Position numbers and translations under genes: made by a program. A stretch of 63,107 nt of DNA, filler included, from Octopus bimaculoides (taxonomy: Eukaryota): assembly GCF_001194135.2 (NCBI RefSeq). It is 5 parts of 5 records of this genome, joined end to end, with 100 filler letters (N's around TTAATTAATTAA, not from the genome) between each part and the next. Parts side by side here need not be neighbours in the genome. Positions count along the whole stretch, not along the records: positions 1 to 16,372 come from NC_068987.1; positions 16,473 to 30,898 come from NC_069006.1; 3 more parts are not named here. One strand, 5' to 3'. The notes under the pieces were generated by a model. It had not been told where the DNA came from. It did no database searches and saw nothing but the letters and a program-made list of their open reading frames with translations. How positions within the stretch are numbered: the stretch's first letter is position 1; each line of letters starts with the position of its first letter. Below are positions 12,567-25,062 of the stretch, piece by piece.

Positions 12567-13242
12567 CAGACTGTCTTCATTTAACGACCGAGTTACGTTC
12601 CAACAGACCCGTCGTTAAGCAAATTCGTCGTTAAACGAATATTCATAGGGTACGTATTTTTTTTATAGGTATATTGTACTGTACGTACATACAAAAACAG
12701 AATACCGTACTGTATAAAGTATATGCAGTACAGGGCCAAGAATCACTAACATAAATTGTTGAAAAATGAATAAGTAACAGTAAGATTATCACAAGGAAAA
12801 CCTTAAAAGTTAGGATATGGATACTGTATTATTGTAGCTCAGACAACGTAAATATGTTTGTGATTCCAGGCCCAGTACATAAGATGCCTAATAAACTTTT
12901 CTCAGGATTATATAGAAAAGGTGAAAAGGTTTAAAGGAAACTCAAACATAATAGCATTGTTTTACTTTGGATAAAGATTATAAAAGCAACTCATTCTTGA
13001 CATCAAAATGCATGAAAAATCCCGTCAGTGTTGTTTGCTTTGTTATCTTCTTTTTTTCGTCATAAGTTTCTCGATAACATCGGAAAAGTTCAGTTGTCTG
13101 CCTTTCCACCTTGGAAAATCGCTCAAAATTTGGATCCATCGCCTCAAGTTCTATTTTGTAAAATATGTAATGACGGCTTGTAAAGTTCGTCGTAACGCCG
13201 AGTGGTCGTTAAATAGGTAAGTCGTTAAATGAGGACAGTCTG
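12567..13242. mobile_element. Tigger/pogo-type non-autonomous DNA transposon
   Basis: TIRs CAGACTGTCTTCATTTAACGAC and GTCGTTAAATGAGGACAGTCTG (1 mismatch in 22 bp), flanked by TA at 12565-12566 and 13243-13244. Confidence 0.85.
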
Positions 13243-14339
13243 TATCTAATTTTCTAAGGAGTCTGCAAAAGTGCTACCTACTCTTGGGGTCACTATAGAC
13301 ACCAACATAATGCATTTCATTTAATTTTCTTCTTCAATTTAATTGTTTTTCTTAGTTAATATCCACCTTTGTTATACTCTTAGTTTTAAAAAAAGCCCAA
13401 AAGACTGAAACTGGTATTAACCGTTACAAAATGTATTTCCTGATAAAATCATTTTAGCATTTTCTACCTTGTCTTATTTTCCTTGTGTGTGTGTGTGTGT
13501 GTGTGTGCGCGTGTACATATATAGATGATGATTATGATGACGATGATGATATGCACACGACGGGCTTCCACACAGTTTCTATTTACCAGACTCACTCACG
13601 AGACATTGGGGCCTCAGATCATAGCTTCTTAACCCAGGCCAGCACCAGGAATTTTATAATTTAACCCATTGCATGTAATCCCAAGTTGTTGATAATTCAT
13701 TTCCTATTCGCTCACAAGTCGCTGGTATTACTGGAGTATTTTATAACCTTTTAATGTGAACTACTAAGATATCTTTAAAATGCGTCTGTAATTTGTGTAT
13801 AATATAAGTCACTTCGAAACATTACTGATGCGTTTTTCATACCTTGTACTTCTGTAAAAATGAACAAGGATTTCCTCTTCTGGATGTGGCCGTATTTAGA
13901 AGTAATACGTATAATATTTAGCGGGTATTTTTCTTCCATCTCAGTTCTGTTATACGATATTCAGAGAGCAATTTTTTTGTTTTTGTTTGATGTTACAACT
14001 GACATGATGAGAAAAACATAATTTATACTAGAGACTCCTAACGCACTTCTAAACACCGATGTACATCGAGAAGGTATGAAAATACTAAAAAACATATCAA
14101 CTGATGGCAGTAGTAAAAAACATTAACAGGAACATTACCGTTGATTGTTTATGCAAAATCTTTCAAGAGCGAAGAATGGGTTTGTTTAAACTTTCTCTAA
14201 CACCAGCAATAGAGGGAACATTTACATTGCCGATTGACCTATTAGAAATAGCAATCAAATAACCCGCATTTCACATACTACCGTCTTCAAAACACGTGGG
14301 GGGGCTGTGTGTGTGTGTGTGTGTGTGCTACGGGCTTCT

Positions 14340-14384
<45 letters not shown>

Positions 14385-14387
<3 letters not shown>

Positions 14388-14590
14388 CATGTGGAACTGT
14401 TGATCCCGACACGTTTTTCCTCTCTCTCTCCGTTTTTTTTTTTTTTCATTCTTTCTCATCCGTTTCTGTTGAAGAGCGTAGGCTCGAAACGTCAAAGACT
14501 TTTCCCATTCTTCCAGAACATCAAACCAATATACTTGCTCGTTGCTCCTTCCACCTGTCTCTGTCTTTTGTTTTCTGCACATTTGAACCA
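14385..14590 (+). mobile_element. Penelope-like terminal-repeat fragment with hammerhead-like core
   Basis: CTGTTGA-A-GAGC-GTAG-GCTC-GAAACGTC at 14466-14493; a related copy lies on the minus strand at about 31640-31760. Confidence 0.55.
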
Positions 14591-14644
14591 CACACACACA
14601 TACACACACACACACACACACAAATATAAATATATATATTATAT

Positions 14645-14924
14645 ATATGACTTCTTGCAGGCTTTGGTCGACCTGAAGCAATAGTAGAAAACACTTGCTC
14701 AACGTGCTGCGAAATGGGACTGAACCTGAAGCCATGTGGTTGGGAAGCGAGATTCTTACCAATCAACCCTAGTACTTACTGTTTAAGTTTGATAATTATT
14801 CTATCAACCTCTTTCGTTGAACCACTAAGTTGCTGGGTTTAAACAAACCCACATCGGTTGTCAAATGAGTGAGGACGAGTGGCAAACACAAACACACATG
14901 CATATATGTATGTGTGTGTGTGTG

Positions 14925-14961
<37 letters not shown>

Positions 14962-15130
14962 CGAATAAATATACGACAGGCGTCTAGAGAGTCTCCTTCA
15001 ACCAAATTTACTCACAATGTATTGGTCAACCTGAGATCTACAGTAGAAGATACTTCCCACGTGGTGTGACTAAACCCGAAACCACGTGGTTACAAAGCGA
15101 GCTCCTTAATCACACAGCCATGTCTGCACC
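14645..15130 (-). mobile_element. Cluster of family-A SINE fragments
   Basis: Repeats of the GGCTTTGGTCGACC...AGTAGAAGACACTT...GACTGAACC...CCATGTGGTTGG motif seen at 28-191. Confidence 0.75.
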
Positions 15131-15449
15131 TTAATATAAAGAAAAGTTCTAAGTCTATACATTACAAGGCTTATCTGTGCTTTTACAATTTGACATTTTG
15201 ATTTCGTTTAATGCTTCGGCCAAAATGACAACTATGGCAACGACTACACCACGACGACGAAGGTGATGACGATGTATAAATGATTTACGGTGGCGTATGA
15301 GATGTTATGGTTTGCGTAAGTAAAACCACTTGAACTATATAAACGATTATATGATCTGGACCAAACACTTGGTTTGAGGTAATTATTCGGAAGTATGCAG
15401 CAACTTGCTCAACGTAGTGATGACTGTCGTGTAATATTGATTCCAAATT

Positions 15450-16075
15450 TTACCACAAGGCCAGCAATTTCGCCCGGTAAGCATTTCGTCCGATATCCTA
15501 ACGATTCTGCTAGTTTACCGCTTTACCACCGGGTAATATCGGCTTCAAATTTTGGCACAAGGCCAGCAATTTCGGGGGAGGGGTAGATAGATTACATCGA
15601 CCCCAGCACTTAACTGGTACTTATTTTATCGACCCCGAAAAGATGAAATGCAAGTCGACCATCGGACAACATGCTTAACGTCTTCCGTGTCCTTACGTTC
15701 TGAGTTCAAATCCTGCCGAGGTCAACTTCACTTTTATCCTTTCGGGTCGATAGAAAAAGTACCAGTTGAGCACTGGGGTCGATGTAAGCGACTTACCCGC
15801 TTCCCCGAAATTATTATCCTTGAACCAAAATTTGAAACTATTATTATTATTATTGCAATTAAGGTGGTTTGCTGGCAGAATTGTTACCATGCCGGACAAA
15901 ATACTGAGTGGCACTTCTTCCGACTCTATGTACCCTAAGTTCAAATCCCACCAAGGTCAACATCACTTTCATCCTTTCAAAGTTGATCAAATAAGTACCA
16001 GTTACGCATTGAGGTCAATATAATCGACTAGACCCTGCCCGAAAAAATTTCAGGCCTTGTACCTACAGTAGAAAG
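15450..16075. mobile_element. Pile-up of at least three family-B SINE copies in mixed orientation
   Basis: ATTTTATCGACCCCGAAAAGATGAAA (minus copy) and two plus copies with GAGTTCAAATCC/AAGTTCAAATCC and TTTCGGGTCGATAG/TCAAAGTTGATCAAATAAGTACCAGTT cores. Confidence 0.8.
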
Positions 16076-16334
16076 AATGCACGGGAGACAATGACACGGA
16101 AAGAAGCTTTGTATCGCAGGATAAAATTCCTCCTAGAGACACTACCAACAACCATTGCACCATCACAGATGCAGCTGCAACCACTCCAGCCTAACACCAA
16201 CTATTTTGTTTCACTCTTCATTGTCAAGTATTTGTTTACTCTCGGCTTTTGAGCTTTGATTTCCATTTCTCTTCCATATATCCATATTGAAGCATTTCTG
16301 CAATAGAAGAAATGTGTGTGTGCGCGTGAGCGCG

Positions 16335-16372
<38 letters not shown>

Positions 16373-16472
16373 NNNNNNNNNNNNNNNNNNNNNNNNNNNN
16401 NNNNNNNNNNNNNNNNTTAATTAATTAANNNNNNNNNNNNNNNNNNNNNNNNNNNNNNNNNNNNNNNNNNNN
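16373..16472. other. Artificial scaffold join: 44 N + TTAATTAATTAA + 44 N (also at 30943, 52893, 57287)
   Basis: An identical six-frame-stop 12-mer is centred in 100-nt N blocks four times. Confidence 0.95.
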
Positions 16473-16629
16473 ACTTCAGGACTCTCCAGACAAAACATAT
16501 TAACAGACTCGGGGGAAAATACTGGACAGTTAAACACTGTCATTAAGTGCAAAGTGAATAATAAATTCATGGACCTCGAGCAGCAACTTTATGGTAGACT
16601 AGAACCTTCCCTGAGTAATGAAAAACCTT

Positions 16630-16716
16630 CATGCCAAATTTGGTACAGATTTATCCAGTGGTTTGGTCATGCATAGAGGAAACACACACACACAGTGAAT
16701 TTTATTTATACAGATA
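16630..16716 (+). mobile_element. Possible Helitron/HINE-like non-autonomous 3' end
   Basis: CATGCCAAATTTGGTACAGATTTATCCAGTGGTTTGG, a short CA microsatellite, then TTTTATTTATACAGATAGAT; the layout resembles DINE/HINE ends. Confidence 0.4.
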
Positions 16717-16734
16717 GATTATCAAAAGTACGTG

Positions 16735-17048
16735 GAGGCGCAATGGCCCAGTGGTTAGGGCAGTGGACTCGCGGTCATAGGATCGCGGTTTCGATGGTGG
16801 CGAACCCTGCTGTACTCTTTCACCACAACTTTCTCTCACTCTTACTTCCTGTTTCTGTTGTGCCTGTAATTCAAAGGGGCCAGCCTTGTCACACTGTGTC
16901 ACGCTGAATATCCCCAAGAATTACGTTGAGGGTACACGTGTCTGTGGAGTGCTCAGCCACTTGCACGTTTAATTTCACGAGCAGGCTGTTCCGTTGATCG
17001 GATCAACTGGAACCCTCAACGTCGTAAGCGACGGAGTGCCAACAACTA
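16735..17048 (+). mobile_element. tRNA-derived SINE, family C (near full length)
   Basis: GGCGCAATGGCCCAGTGGTTAGGGCAG head, GGTTTCGAT B-box, body ending GACGGAGTGCCAACAAC; CpGs intact. Confidence 0.8.
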
Positions 17049-18196
17049 ACACAGTAGGGCACAGTATTGATTTATAAAGCGTTTAATATACTCTGTAGCA
17101 TATTATGGTTGCATAACAAAATATGGCGTCTCTGCAGGTCATTAATATGTATTACAAGCTGGCAGGAGTGTATTTAATATGTAAAATTGGTATATCTAAT
17201 AATATTACACTTCTATATTTGGTGGCTATTTAAGCAATGAGTTCATGGATGGTTAATGGCTTGGATGTGTTGCTGATGAGGGAGCAAAAACTCCTGAAAT
17301 ATGGCATATACATCCATTATCTGGGTTTTTTTTCTTCTTCAATTGCATTGTTTCCATCTACGATCAGATTGTATACGAAATGTAGCAAATCAGTGCTGGC
17401 TCTATGATTTGTATAGAAAATCTGTAGAGATAACCTCAACATGTGACTGATTTAAGAAGTCAACCAAGGAAGAAAAAGGTATAAAAGGAGGTTTGTTCAG
17501 ATTCACAGATGACTCAATATCAGAAAATGCAGGATGGTCATGGTTGGGACGTCCTTGTGTATAATCTGCTCAATCAAAGCTAATCTGAAGCTAAGCAACA
17601 ACCAACTACACTATAAAACAGCTATTATTCCACCTTCTGGGATTAGGTGTTATGAATGGTTTCCTCTGTTCTGAAAGAATTATTTTATCTCTCACAACAT
17701 AATTCATCAATTACTGATATCTCATACCTAGTATCATTAAAATCTTGGTAATTACTGGTTTATTTCATGCATCTATATTTATTGCTATAACACCAGTGGT
17801 TCTGGACTTTTTGTAGCTTAGCATCTTTTACTCTTTTATAGAATGATACTTCACAATGCTCCGAATGCTCCCTCTTTGCTTTCAAACAAAAGAGAAAAAG
17901 GGCACATTGGCTTATTATCTGTATTTTTTTTAAATATCTCATTCAGTATGTTCCTCTTTTAGATATTTACATGATCTAGTGCTGGATTTATTTGAACTTT
18001 CTATGAAAGTGAGGTCTTACATAATGAAATTATTTAGAACTTTAGCACATCATCAATCATGCTTTCTGCTCACTGGCAACACATCCTATTCTTGTTTTAA
18101 TTTTGGCAAAGAATCTTTTTTTCTTTTCTTTCTTTTGGCAAACATATTCTTAAAAGATGTTTGAAATGTATGTATTGTAGCTGATTGAACAAGGAG

Positions 18197-18395
18197 TTCA
18201 ATCCTATGCATTCAGATTACTCTATTAAATATAATGCTTATTCATTCACGTTGTTTTGAATTAATCGTGCATTATCTAGTAAATTCAAGATTTCGAGGAT
18301 GTGATAGTTTAGTTTTAGAATGACATTGTAGGGTAAGTGTGAGAGGCCAGAACCAGTTAGGACAGATATGGCCAGTTTAAATGCTAGGGCATTAA
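18197..18395. mobile_element. piggyBac-type MITE (degenerate)
   Basis: Same body as the 20461 and 28521 copies (GTAGGGTAAGTGTGAGAGGCCAG...GGCCAGTTTAAATGCT); termini decayed. Confidence 0.7.
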
Positions 18396-19009
18396 ATATT
18401 TTAACTTCTAAGAAAAATTATGACCTCCTCAACATCCAGTGCCCCAACAGCAAGCCTTCTGATAATTGCTGGAGGTGGAGGTGCTACCACCCAGGTTTAG
18501 ACAGCTGCTATAATGGATTTGGCTAATCTACATGTGCAAATATCTATAAGGAATTGCTTGTTAGACTAGAAACAAATATTTTACAGCTAGATTCACTCTT
18601 TATTCCTTAAGTCCACTGATCTGTGAAAGGAGAGCAAATAAACTGGTGTACAGAAATAGTACAGAAAATTAGTTTAATAATCTCACACTATACTTTACAT
18701 ATGATAATGCTGGTAAGCAAGGGCTGACTTTTCGTTTCTTCACTGGTTAGTAAACACAAAAACAAATAATACATTGTTGATGTTAGATGCACTTTATACA
18801 CAGGTGCCCTACATTTAAATTTTTTTTCTTTTTCTTTTTAGATGAGGTAGTTTTTACTTGCTCATTCAACCTACTAGAAATAGCATACAAATCTCCCTCA
18901 AAGCTGAGAAAAGAAGGATACATTAAACAATGTAGTCCTGGATGCACACTGCCCATAAAATGGTAGAACTGTTCAATCCTTTGGGAATAAACAAACATTT
19001 TAAAATAAT

Positions 19010-20400
19010 GACTTCAAATTTTGGCACAGGGCCAGTAATTTCGGGGTAGAGGTTAAGTCGATTATATCAACCCCAATGTCCAACTGGTACTTATTTTATC
19101 AACTTCAAAACGATCAAAGGCAAAGTCGACCATGTCAAAATTTGAATTCAGGACATACAGACAGACAAAATGCCGCTAAGCAAATGATTCTACCAAATAA
19201 TAATTATTGTCTCAAACATGAAATTTTAGGAAGGAGGTTAGCTGTTACCCTCAACCCCTGCTGTTTACTTGAACTATATTTCATTGACTACGAAAGAATG
19301 AAAGGCAAAGTTGATCTCAGAGAAAGCTGAAATCAGAATATAGGGAGTCAAAAGAAATACCACAAAGTATTTTCTCCAATACTCTATCTAGTCTGCCAAT
19401 CTACCACCATTTTTAATAGATATAATTAAACACTGTAAGGCATTTTAATCAGTGATTATCCACTTAATCACATACTCTAATAGCATATAATAATTAGTTC
19501 TAATTTAAGCACAAGGTCAGCAATTTTGCAGAGATGAGGTCAGCTGATTATATTGACCCCAGTATTTGACTGTTTTTTTTTATTTTATCAAACACTGAAG
19601 GGGTGGAAAGCAAAGTTACCGCGGCAGCATTTGAACTTAAAATGTAAAGAACCGGAACAATAACACAAAGCATTACATAAAAATTCAGCCAATTCACACA
19701 CTTCTAATGATGCTTTCAGGTTTTGATGCAAGACCAGCAATTTCAGGGGGCAGGGGAAGTTTAGGGTAGGTCAATTAGATTGACTCCAGTGCTCAACTGG
19801 TACTTATTTTATTGACCNNNNNNNNNNCAACCTCAGTGGAATTTGAACTCAAAACAAAGACAGATTAAATGCTGCCAAGAATTCTGCCTGATGTGCTAAT
19901 GGCTCTGCCAGCCCAGTGCCTTACACACTTCTTAATAATGAATAATAATTATATTATATTTTATTTGCCACAAGGACAATAGATAAGGAAACATCACATG
20001 GACAGTTTTACAAAAAGTGATGGTGGAGTTACAATGAAATTGTAATGAAATCAAAATGTTTCCCTAGCCTATTGGGGCTAGTGAATTATATCAGGATTAG
20101 ACTGATAGTTTATTTAATTGATACCAGAAGCAAAGTTGATCCCAGCAGGATTTGAAGTCAAAACACAAAGGGAGATAACACAACAAATGCCAGGCCACAA
20201 ATATGCAAGTGAGGAGTGTATTCAAATAGACTAACCCCTAAAATTTGGGAGAGGAGGTTTAGTTAATACTATCAGTCCCAATATTTGTCTGCTATTTTAT
20301 TCTATTAACTTTGGGTGAAGGGATGAAAGGCAAAGCTGATCCTGGTGAGACTTGAACTCAGAAATTAAAAGCCAGAAGACAAGTCATTTTTTCTGACATT
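19010..20400 (-). mobile_element. Series of about five old, CpG-eroded family-B SINE copies
   Basis: Repeated CTGGTACTTATTTTAT(C/T)(A/G)AC...AAAGGCAAAGT cores in minus orientation, with TG/CA where other copies have CG. Confidence 0.75.
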
Positions 20401-20460
20401 CTACCAATTCTCTTAATTAATTAATTACCCAAGGCACAAAGCAAGCTATAACAATTAACA

Positions 20461-20686
20461 TTAACCCTTTGGCATTCACATTACTTTGTCAAACATAATG
20501 CTTATTTATTCACTATGTTTTGAATTAATCATGTATTATCTTGTAGCTTCAAGATTTCAATGTAATTGTTTATTTTTATAATGACATTGTAGGGTAGGTG
20601 TGAGAGGCTAGATCTGGCCAGTTTGAACATAAAACAGGTTAGCATATTTTAACCGGATGTGGCCAGTTTAGATGTTAAAGAGTTAA
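20461..20686. mobile_element. piggyBac-type MITE
   Basis: TTAA-CCCTTTGGCATT ... GATGTTAAAGAG-TTAA: TTAA target sites with CCCTTT-type TIRs. Confidence 0.8.
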
Positions 20687-20931
20687 TCTCAGGATTAGAC
20701 TGATAGTTTATTTAACTGAAACCAAAAAGAAGAAGTCACGCAAAATTGATCCCAGCAGGATTTGAAGTCAGGACATAAAGGGAGATAACACAATAGATGT
20801 CAGGCCACAAATATTGAAGTGAAGAGTGTATTCAAATGAACTGACTCCATTATTTGACTGGTACATTACCTATTTTCAGTAGGAAGACCATAACACTATA
20901 ATTCAGTGATGCAAAATCTCAAACTCATATA

Positions 20932-21540
20932 CAGGGTGTCTCGCAATTAACTATCTATTTCAATGAAATCAGGCACATTTAAAAAAAAAAAAAACTGACT
21001 GAATTTTATGTTTATTACTTAATTATAATACCAAAACAAAAAGGTTTACAAATCTTACATCAAAACTTTACTGAAAATTTTTAATACGTGCTCCAGCTGT
21101 ATCCCTGCAAATTTCAAATCTATCATTTGTGTTTCCAAACACATTTTGAAGCATTTCGGGAGTTATCACCTGCACTACTAACTGAATGTGTTCTTTAAGT
21201 TCACTTAAACGACAACTGCTCCTTCATCCTAGGGATCGTCGTCGTTTAACGTCCGCTTTCCATGCTAGCATGGGTTGGACGATTTGACTGAGGACTGAAG
21301 GTAGAAAAATGATTGCAGCCAAATTGAAAAAAAAAAGCTGTCGTTGACAGACAAGCAGGATCTAACAGGAAAGAAAATAAAAATTTATAAAAGAAAATAA
21401 TGAAAATTATGAAATTGTAAAGAAAATGAAAAAAATCTATACGCTTTTAACGCATATTAAACATAATAAATATAAAGTGATTTTTTTAAAAAACCTTGTC
21501 CAATTTCACTGAAATAGATAGTTAATTTTAAGACACCCTG
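20932..21540. mobile_element. Tc1/mariner-superfamily deletion derivative (CAGGGTG termini) carrying an RTE 3'-tail fragment at 21236-21297
   Basis: TIRs CAGGGTGTCTCGCAATTAACTATCTATTTCAATGAAAT and the reverse complement of ATTTCACTGAAATAGATAGTTAATTTTAAGACACCCTG, TA on both sides. The minus frame LSELKEHIQLVVQVITPEMLQNVF...RFEICRDTAG resembles a DD37D/rosa-like transposase C-terminus. Confidence 0.85.
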
Positions 21541-21688
21541 TATATGTATATATATATACATATATATATATACATATATATATATACANNNNNNNNNNNN
21601 NNNNNNNNNNNNNNNNNNNNNNNNNNNNNNNNNNNNNNNNNNNNNNNNNNNNNNNNNNNNNNNNNNNNNNNNNNNNNNNNNNNNNNNN

Positions 21689-21731
<43 letters not shown>

Positions 21732-22654
21732 AACATGTTATATTACTTTATAACATATCTTCTTTACATATAAGCTGACATATAGAAAAAAAGCAATTAA
21801 ATCCTGTTGTGTTTGTTAACCACACTTTCAAGTCTCAACAAAAATGAGCCATCTTCACTCTAAAAGAATTACATGCTTCGTTGCTTTCCTCACCCACTTT
21901 CTACTCTCTTTTACACACACACACACACATACACACACACTCACACAAACATAAACACCAAACACAGCATACACACACTACAAATACATACACCCACATG
22001 TAACACACACACACATACACACACACATGAGCGTGCAGTTGATTTAGTTTGATCCACTAACCTGTGAGTTCTTCAATAATGTGTGTATGTACATGTCTGT
22101 GTGTATGTGTATGTGTGTGTGTGTGTGTGTTGTTTCCTCATTCACATCCACACATTCTTAAGACTATAATGCATCATAGTCTTATTTTCTCAACAATTTC
22201 ATTTCAATTTTCTACTTTAACTCCTGAAAACTGTCGACAAATTATTACATAATATGTTCCTGTTCCTATGGAGAGGTGCTTTTGATATTTCAGGCTATGA
22301 CTTTCTATAGAAGACTGCCTGAAAAAGGTCTGAGCTTCAGATTTTTTCAGGGAGATGGCTCCACCTAAAACATCAGAAATTATGACCTTCAGACTTCTAC
22401 ATAAAGGCACACTGGAAAATAAGAAGGTCTGAGTTTTAGATTTCTTCAGGACACCACCTGAGGCATCGAAAGTTTGATATGAAGATTTCTTTTAAATAAC
22501 ACAATCTGAAATGTCACACTCACCTCTCATCAAGACACACATAATTTTGGTAGCTGCTTTTTCACCCACACAAGCCTTTGGTAGTTTCTTCATAATATAA
22601 GATTTTTTGGCATTTACAAAGATATGGAACTACATGAAGAAGCTGAGAGAGTAG

Positions 22655-23275
22655 ACATAGCTGTGTGGTAAGAAGCTTGCTTTCCAACTGCATGGTTCTA
22701 GGTTCAGTCCCACTGCATGATACCTAAGGCAAGCGTCTTCTACTATATATATATATATATATATATAGACACAAGTATATATGTATATATGTGCGCTTGT
22801 GTGTGTCTTTGTTTCTGTGTTTGACCACAACACCACTTACAAATGGTGTTAGTGTGTTTACATCTTCATAACTTATGGGTGGCACATAAAAAACACCATT
22901 TCGACCGTGGCCGTTGCCAGTATCGCCTGACTGGCCTTCGTGCAGGTGACACGTAAAAGCACCTACTACACTCTCAGAGTAGTTGGCGTTAGGAAGGGCA
23001 TCCAGCTGTAGAAACTCTGCCAAATTTAGATTGGAGCCTGGTGTTGCCATCCGATTTCACCAGTCCTCAGTCAAGTCATCCAACCCATGCTAGCATGGAA
23101 AGCGGACGTTAAACGATGATGATGATAACTTAGCAGTTCAGCAAAAAAGACTAATAGAATAAGTACTAGCCTTAAAAAAAATAAGGCCCTGAGTCGATTT
23201 ATTTGACTAAAACCCTTCAAGGCAGTACCCCAGCATGGCCACAGTCAAATGACTGAAACAAGTAAAAGATAGAAG
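22655..23275 (+). mobile_element. Family-A SINE interrupted by an RTE 3'-end insertion (22876-23124)
   Basis: SINE head GCTGTGTGGTAAGAAGC...GGTTCAGTCCC. The insert ends CCCATGCTAGCATGGAAAGCGGACGTTAAACGATGATGATG and is bracketed by ATAACTTA at 22868-22875 and 23125-23132; the SINE body then resumes. Confidence 0.85.
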
Positions 23276-24719
23276 ATAGTTGTTCAAACTGCTAGAAATA
23301 GCAGCCAAGTACCTTACCATTTTGAAGAAAAAAGAATGACATACTGAATAACATAGTAGTAGATATGCAATACTCAAGAAACTAAAACATGAAGGGCAAT
23401 GGATTTGCAAAATCATTAACGCATCAGACAAGATGCCTTGTTGTATCTGTTCTAGCTCTTCATTTTCTCAGTTCACCCACAGAGTTCAACTTTGCTTTCA
23501 TACTTCCAGGGTAAAATAAGAACCAGTCTAGTACAGAGAACAATTTAACTGACTAACCACCTCCCTCGAAACAATTATTATAAGACTGTTTACTCAGTCA
23601 CAGCTGACCTTCGGCTAAATAGCAACAACAACACATAGACATTCTGTTTCATTTTCTTCTGCCTCCTCCTCCCTCCCAAACACACACAAAACGTTAAAAA
23701 TGATTGAAAATGATATTATGGTCGAGCGTGTGGCAGTGAAAGCCTCCAGCATTCTTGGCTCCCAGACCATATTCCTGTTCACTGCTATCAAGACGGAGAT
23801 GGCTGTCCGCAAATGCAAGCCCTGTGAGCCACAGTAGCTGTTCCAGTGCATTTTCCTTGCCATCCCCTGGGGCAACACCTTTCCTGTTTTGTCTGCTGGG
23901 GGCCATGGGAAATGTTTCCAAAAATGATATTATTTTGTTGATTCTATTTAAGAAAGACAATAAAAAATTAAAAAATGGAAAGCAAGAAATTCTATGCTCA
24001 GATTGCCTCAACTTCTTTTTTCGTCATCATCATCAGCAGCAGCAGTATTATCTGTTATTTATATATTCAAATGAAATCATTAAATGCAAACATATTCAGA
24101 AAGTGACTTTTCTTTTGAAAGAATGCAATTAAAAGAAAGTGGTGGTAGCAGACAGACAGACAGCAAGGGAGGAATGAGGTTGGGTGAAATCATACAAAAA
24201 ATACATAGGATTATATTTCTTTTTTAGACAAGAAACACATAAACCAACACACATATATACAGAGCAAAAGAAGAAAACAAAGGACATCTTTGATATAGAT
24301 TTAAAACTAAAATAATACAATAATATGACATCACTTTAGCAAAGATTTGTATTGAAGCATGTTAAGTGAATACAGAGCTTTCATTAGACAGCACCTATTA
24401 GAGGGAGAAACCAAATCGTTTAGGCCAAAAACACTAGATAAATCAATCAATCGGTCTGTCTGTCTGTCTGTCAAATGATCTATCTCTTTCTCACACACAC
24501 ATACACATGAACATCAAATACACAGTCACATGATTTATGAAGTAAAACAAATTGCCTCTATGAATTTTTTTTAAAACAATTACTGTTTCAAAGAGATTGG
24601 ATGTAAAAAAGCATAAAGGAAAAAACCAATTAAGATATATTTAACTCCTGCCCTCAACCTGCAGGAACGTGTAATAATCAAAGACAAAACAGGATTTCTA
24701 GCCTAGCTATTCTATATTT

Positions 24720-24944
24720 TTAACCCTTTAACATTTAAACTGACCATACCTGGCCCAAATATTCTACCTCTTTTATGTTTAAACTGACCAGATGTGATCT
24801 CTCACTCCAATCATACAATATCATTCTAAAAGCTAACAGTCACCTCATCAAAACCTCAAAGCTACAAGATAATGCAGGATTAATTCAAAACAATGTAGAT
24901 GAATAAGCATTACTTTTGAGAGAATGTGAATGTTAAAGGGTTAA
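24720..24944. mobile_element. piggyBac-type MITE (inverted relative to the 20461 copy)
   Basis: TTAA-CCCTTTAACATT ... AATGTTAAAGGG-TTAA. Confidence 0.85.
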
Positions 24945-25062
24945 GAGTTGACTCTTTTAATTCTGATCAAGAAACATCTGTAAACTAAAAATGTGCTAAG
25001 TCTTCAGTTTTTAAGGGCTACTTCTGGAGGGCCAAGGTAGAATTCCACTTAAAACAAATGGT

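Noticed and set aside
16417-16428. TTAATTAATTAA islands inside N runs (also 30943, 52893, 57287)
   Set aside because: Identical 44N-12-44N layout with stops in all six frames: an assembly linker, not biology.
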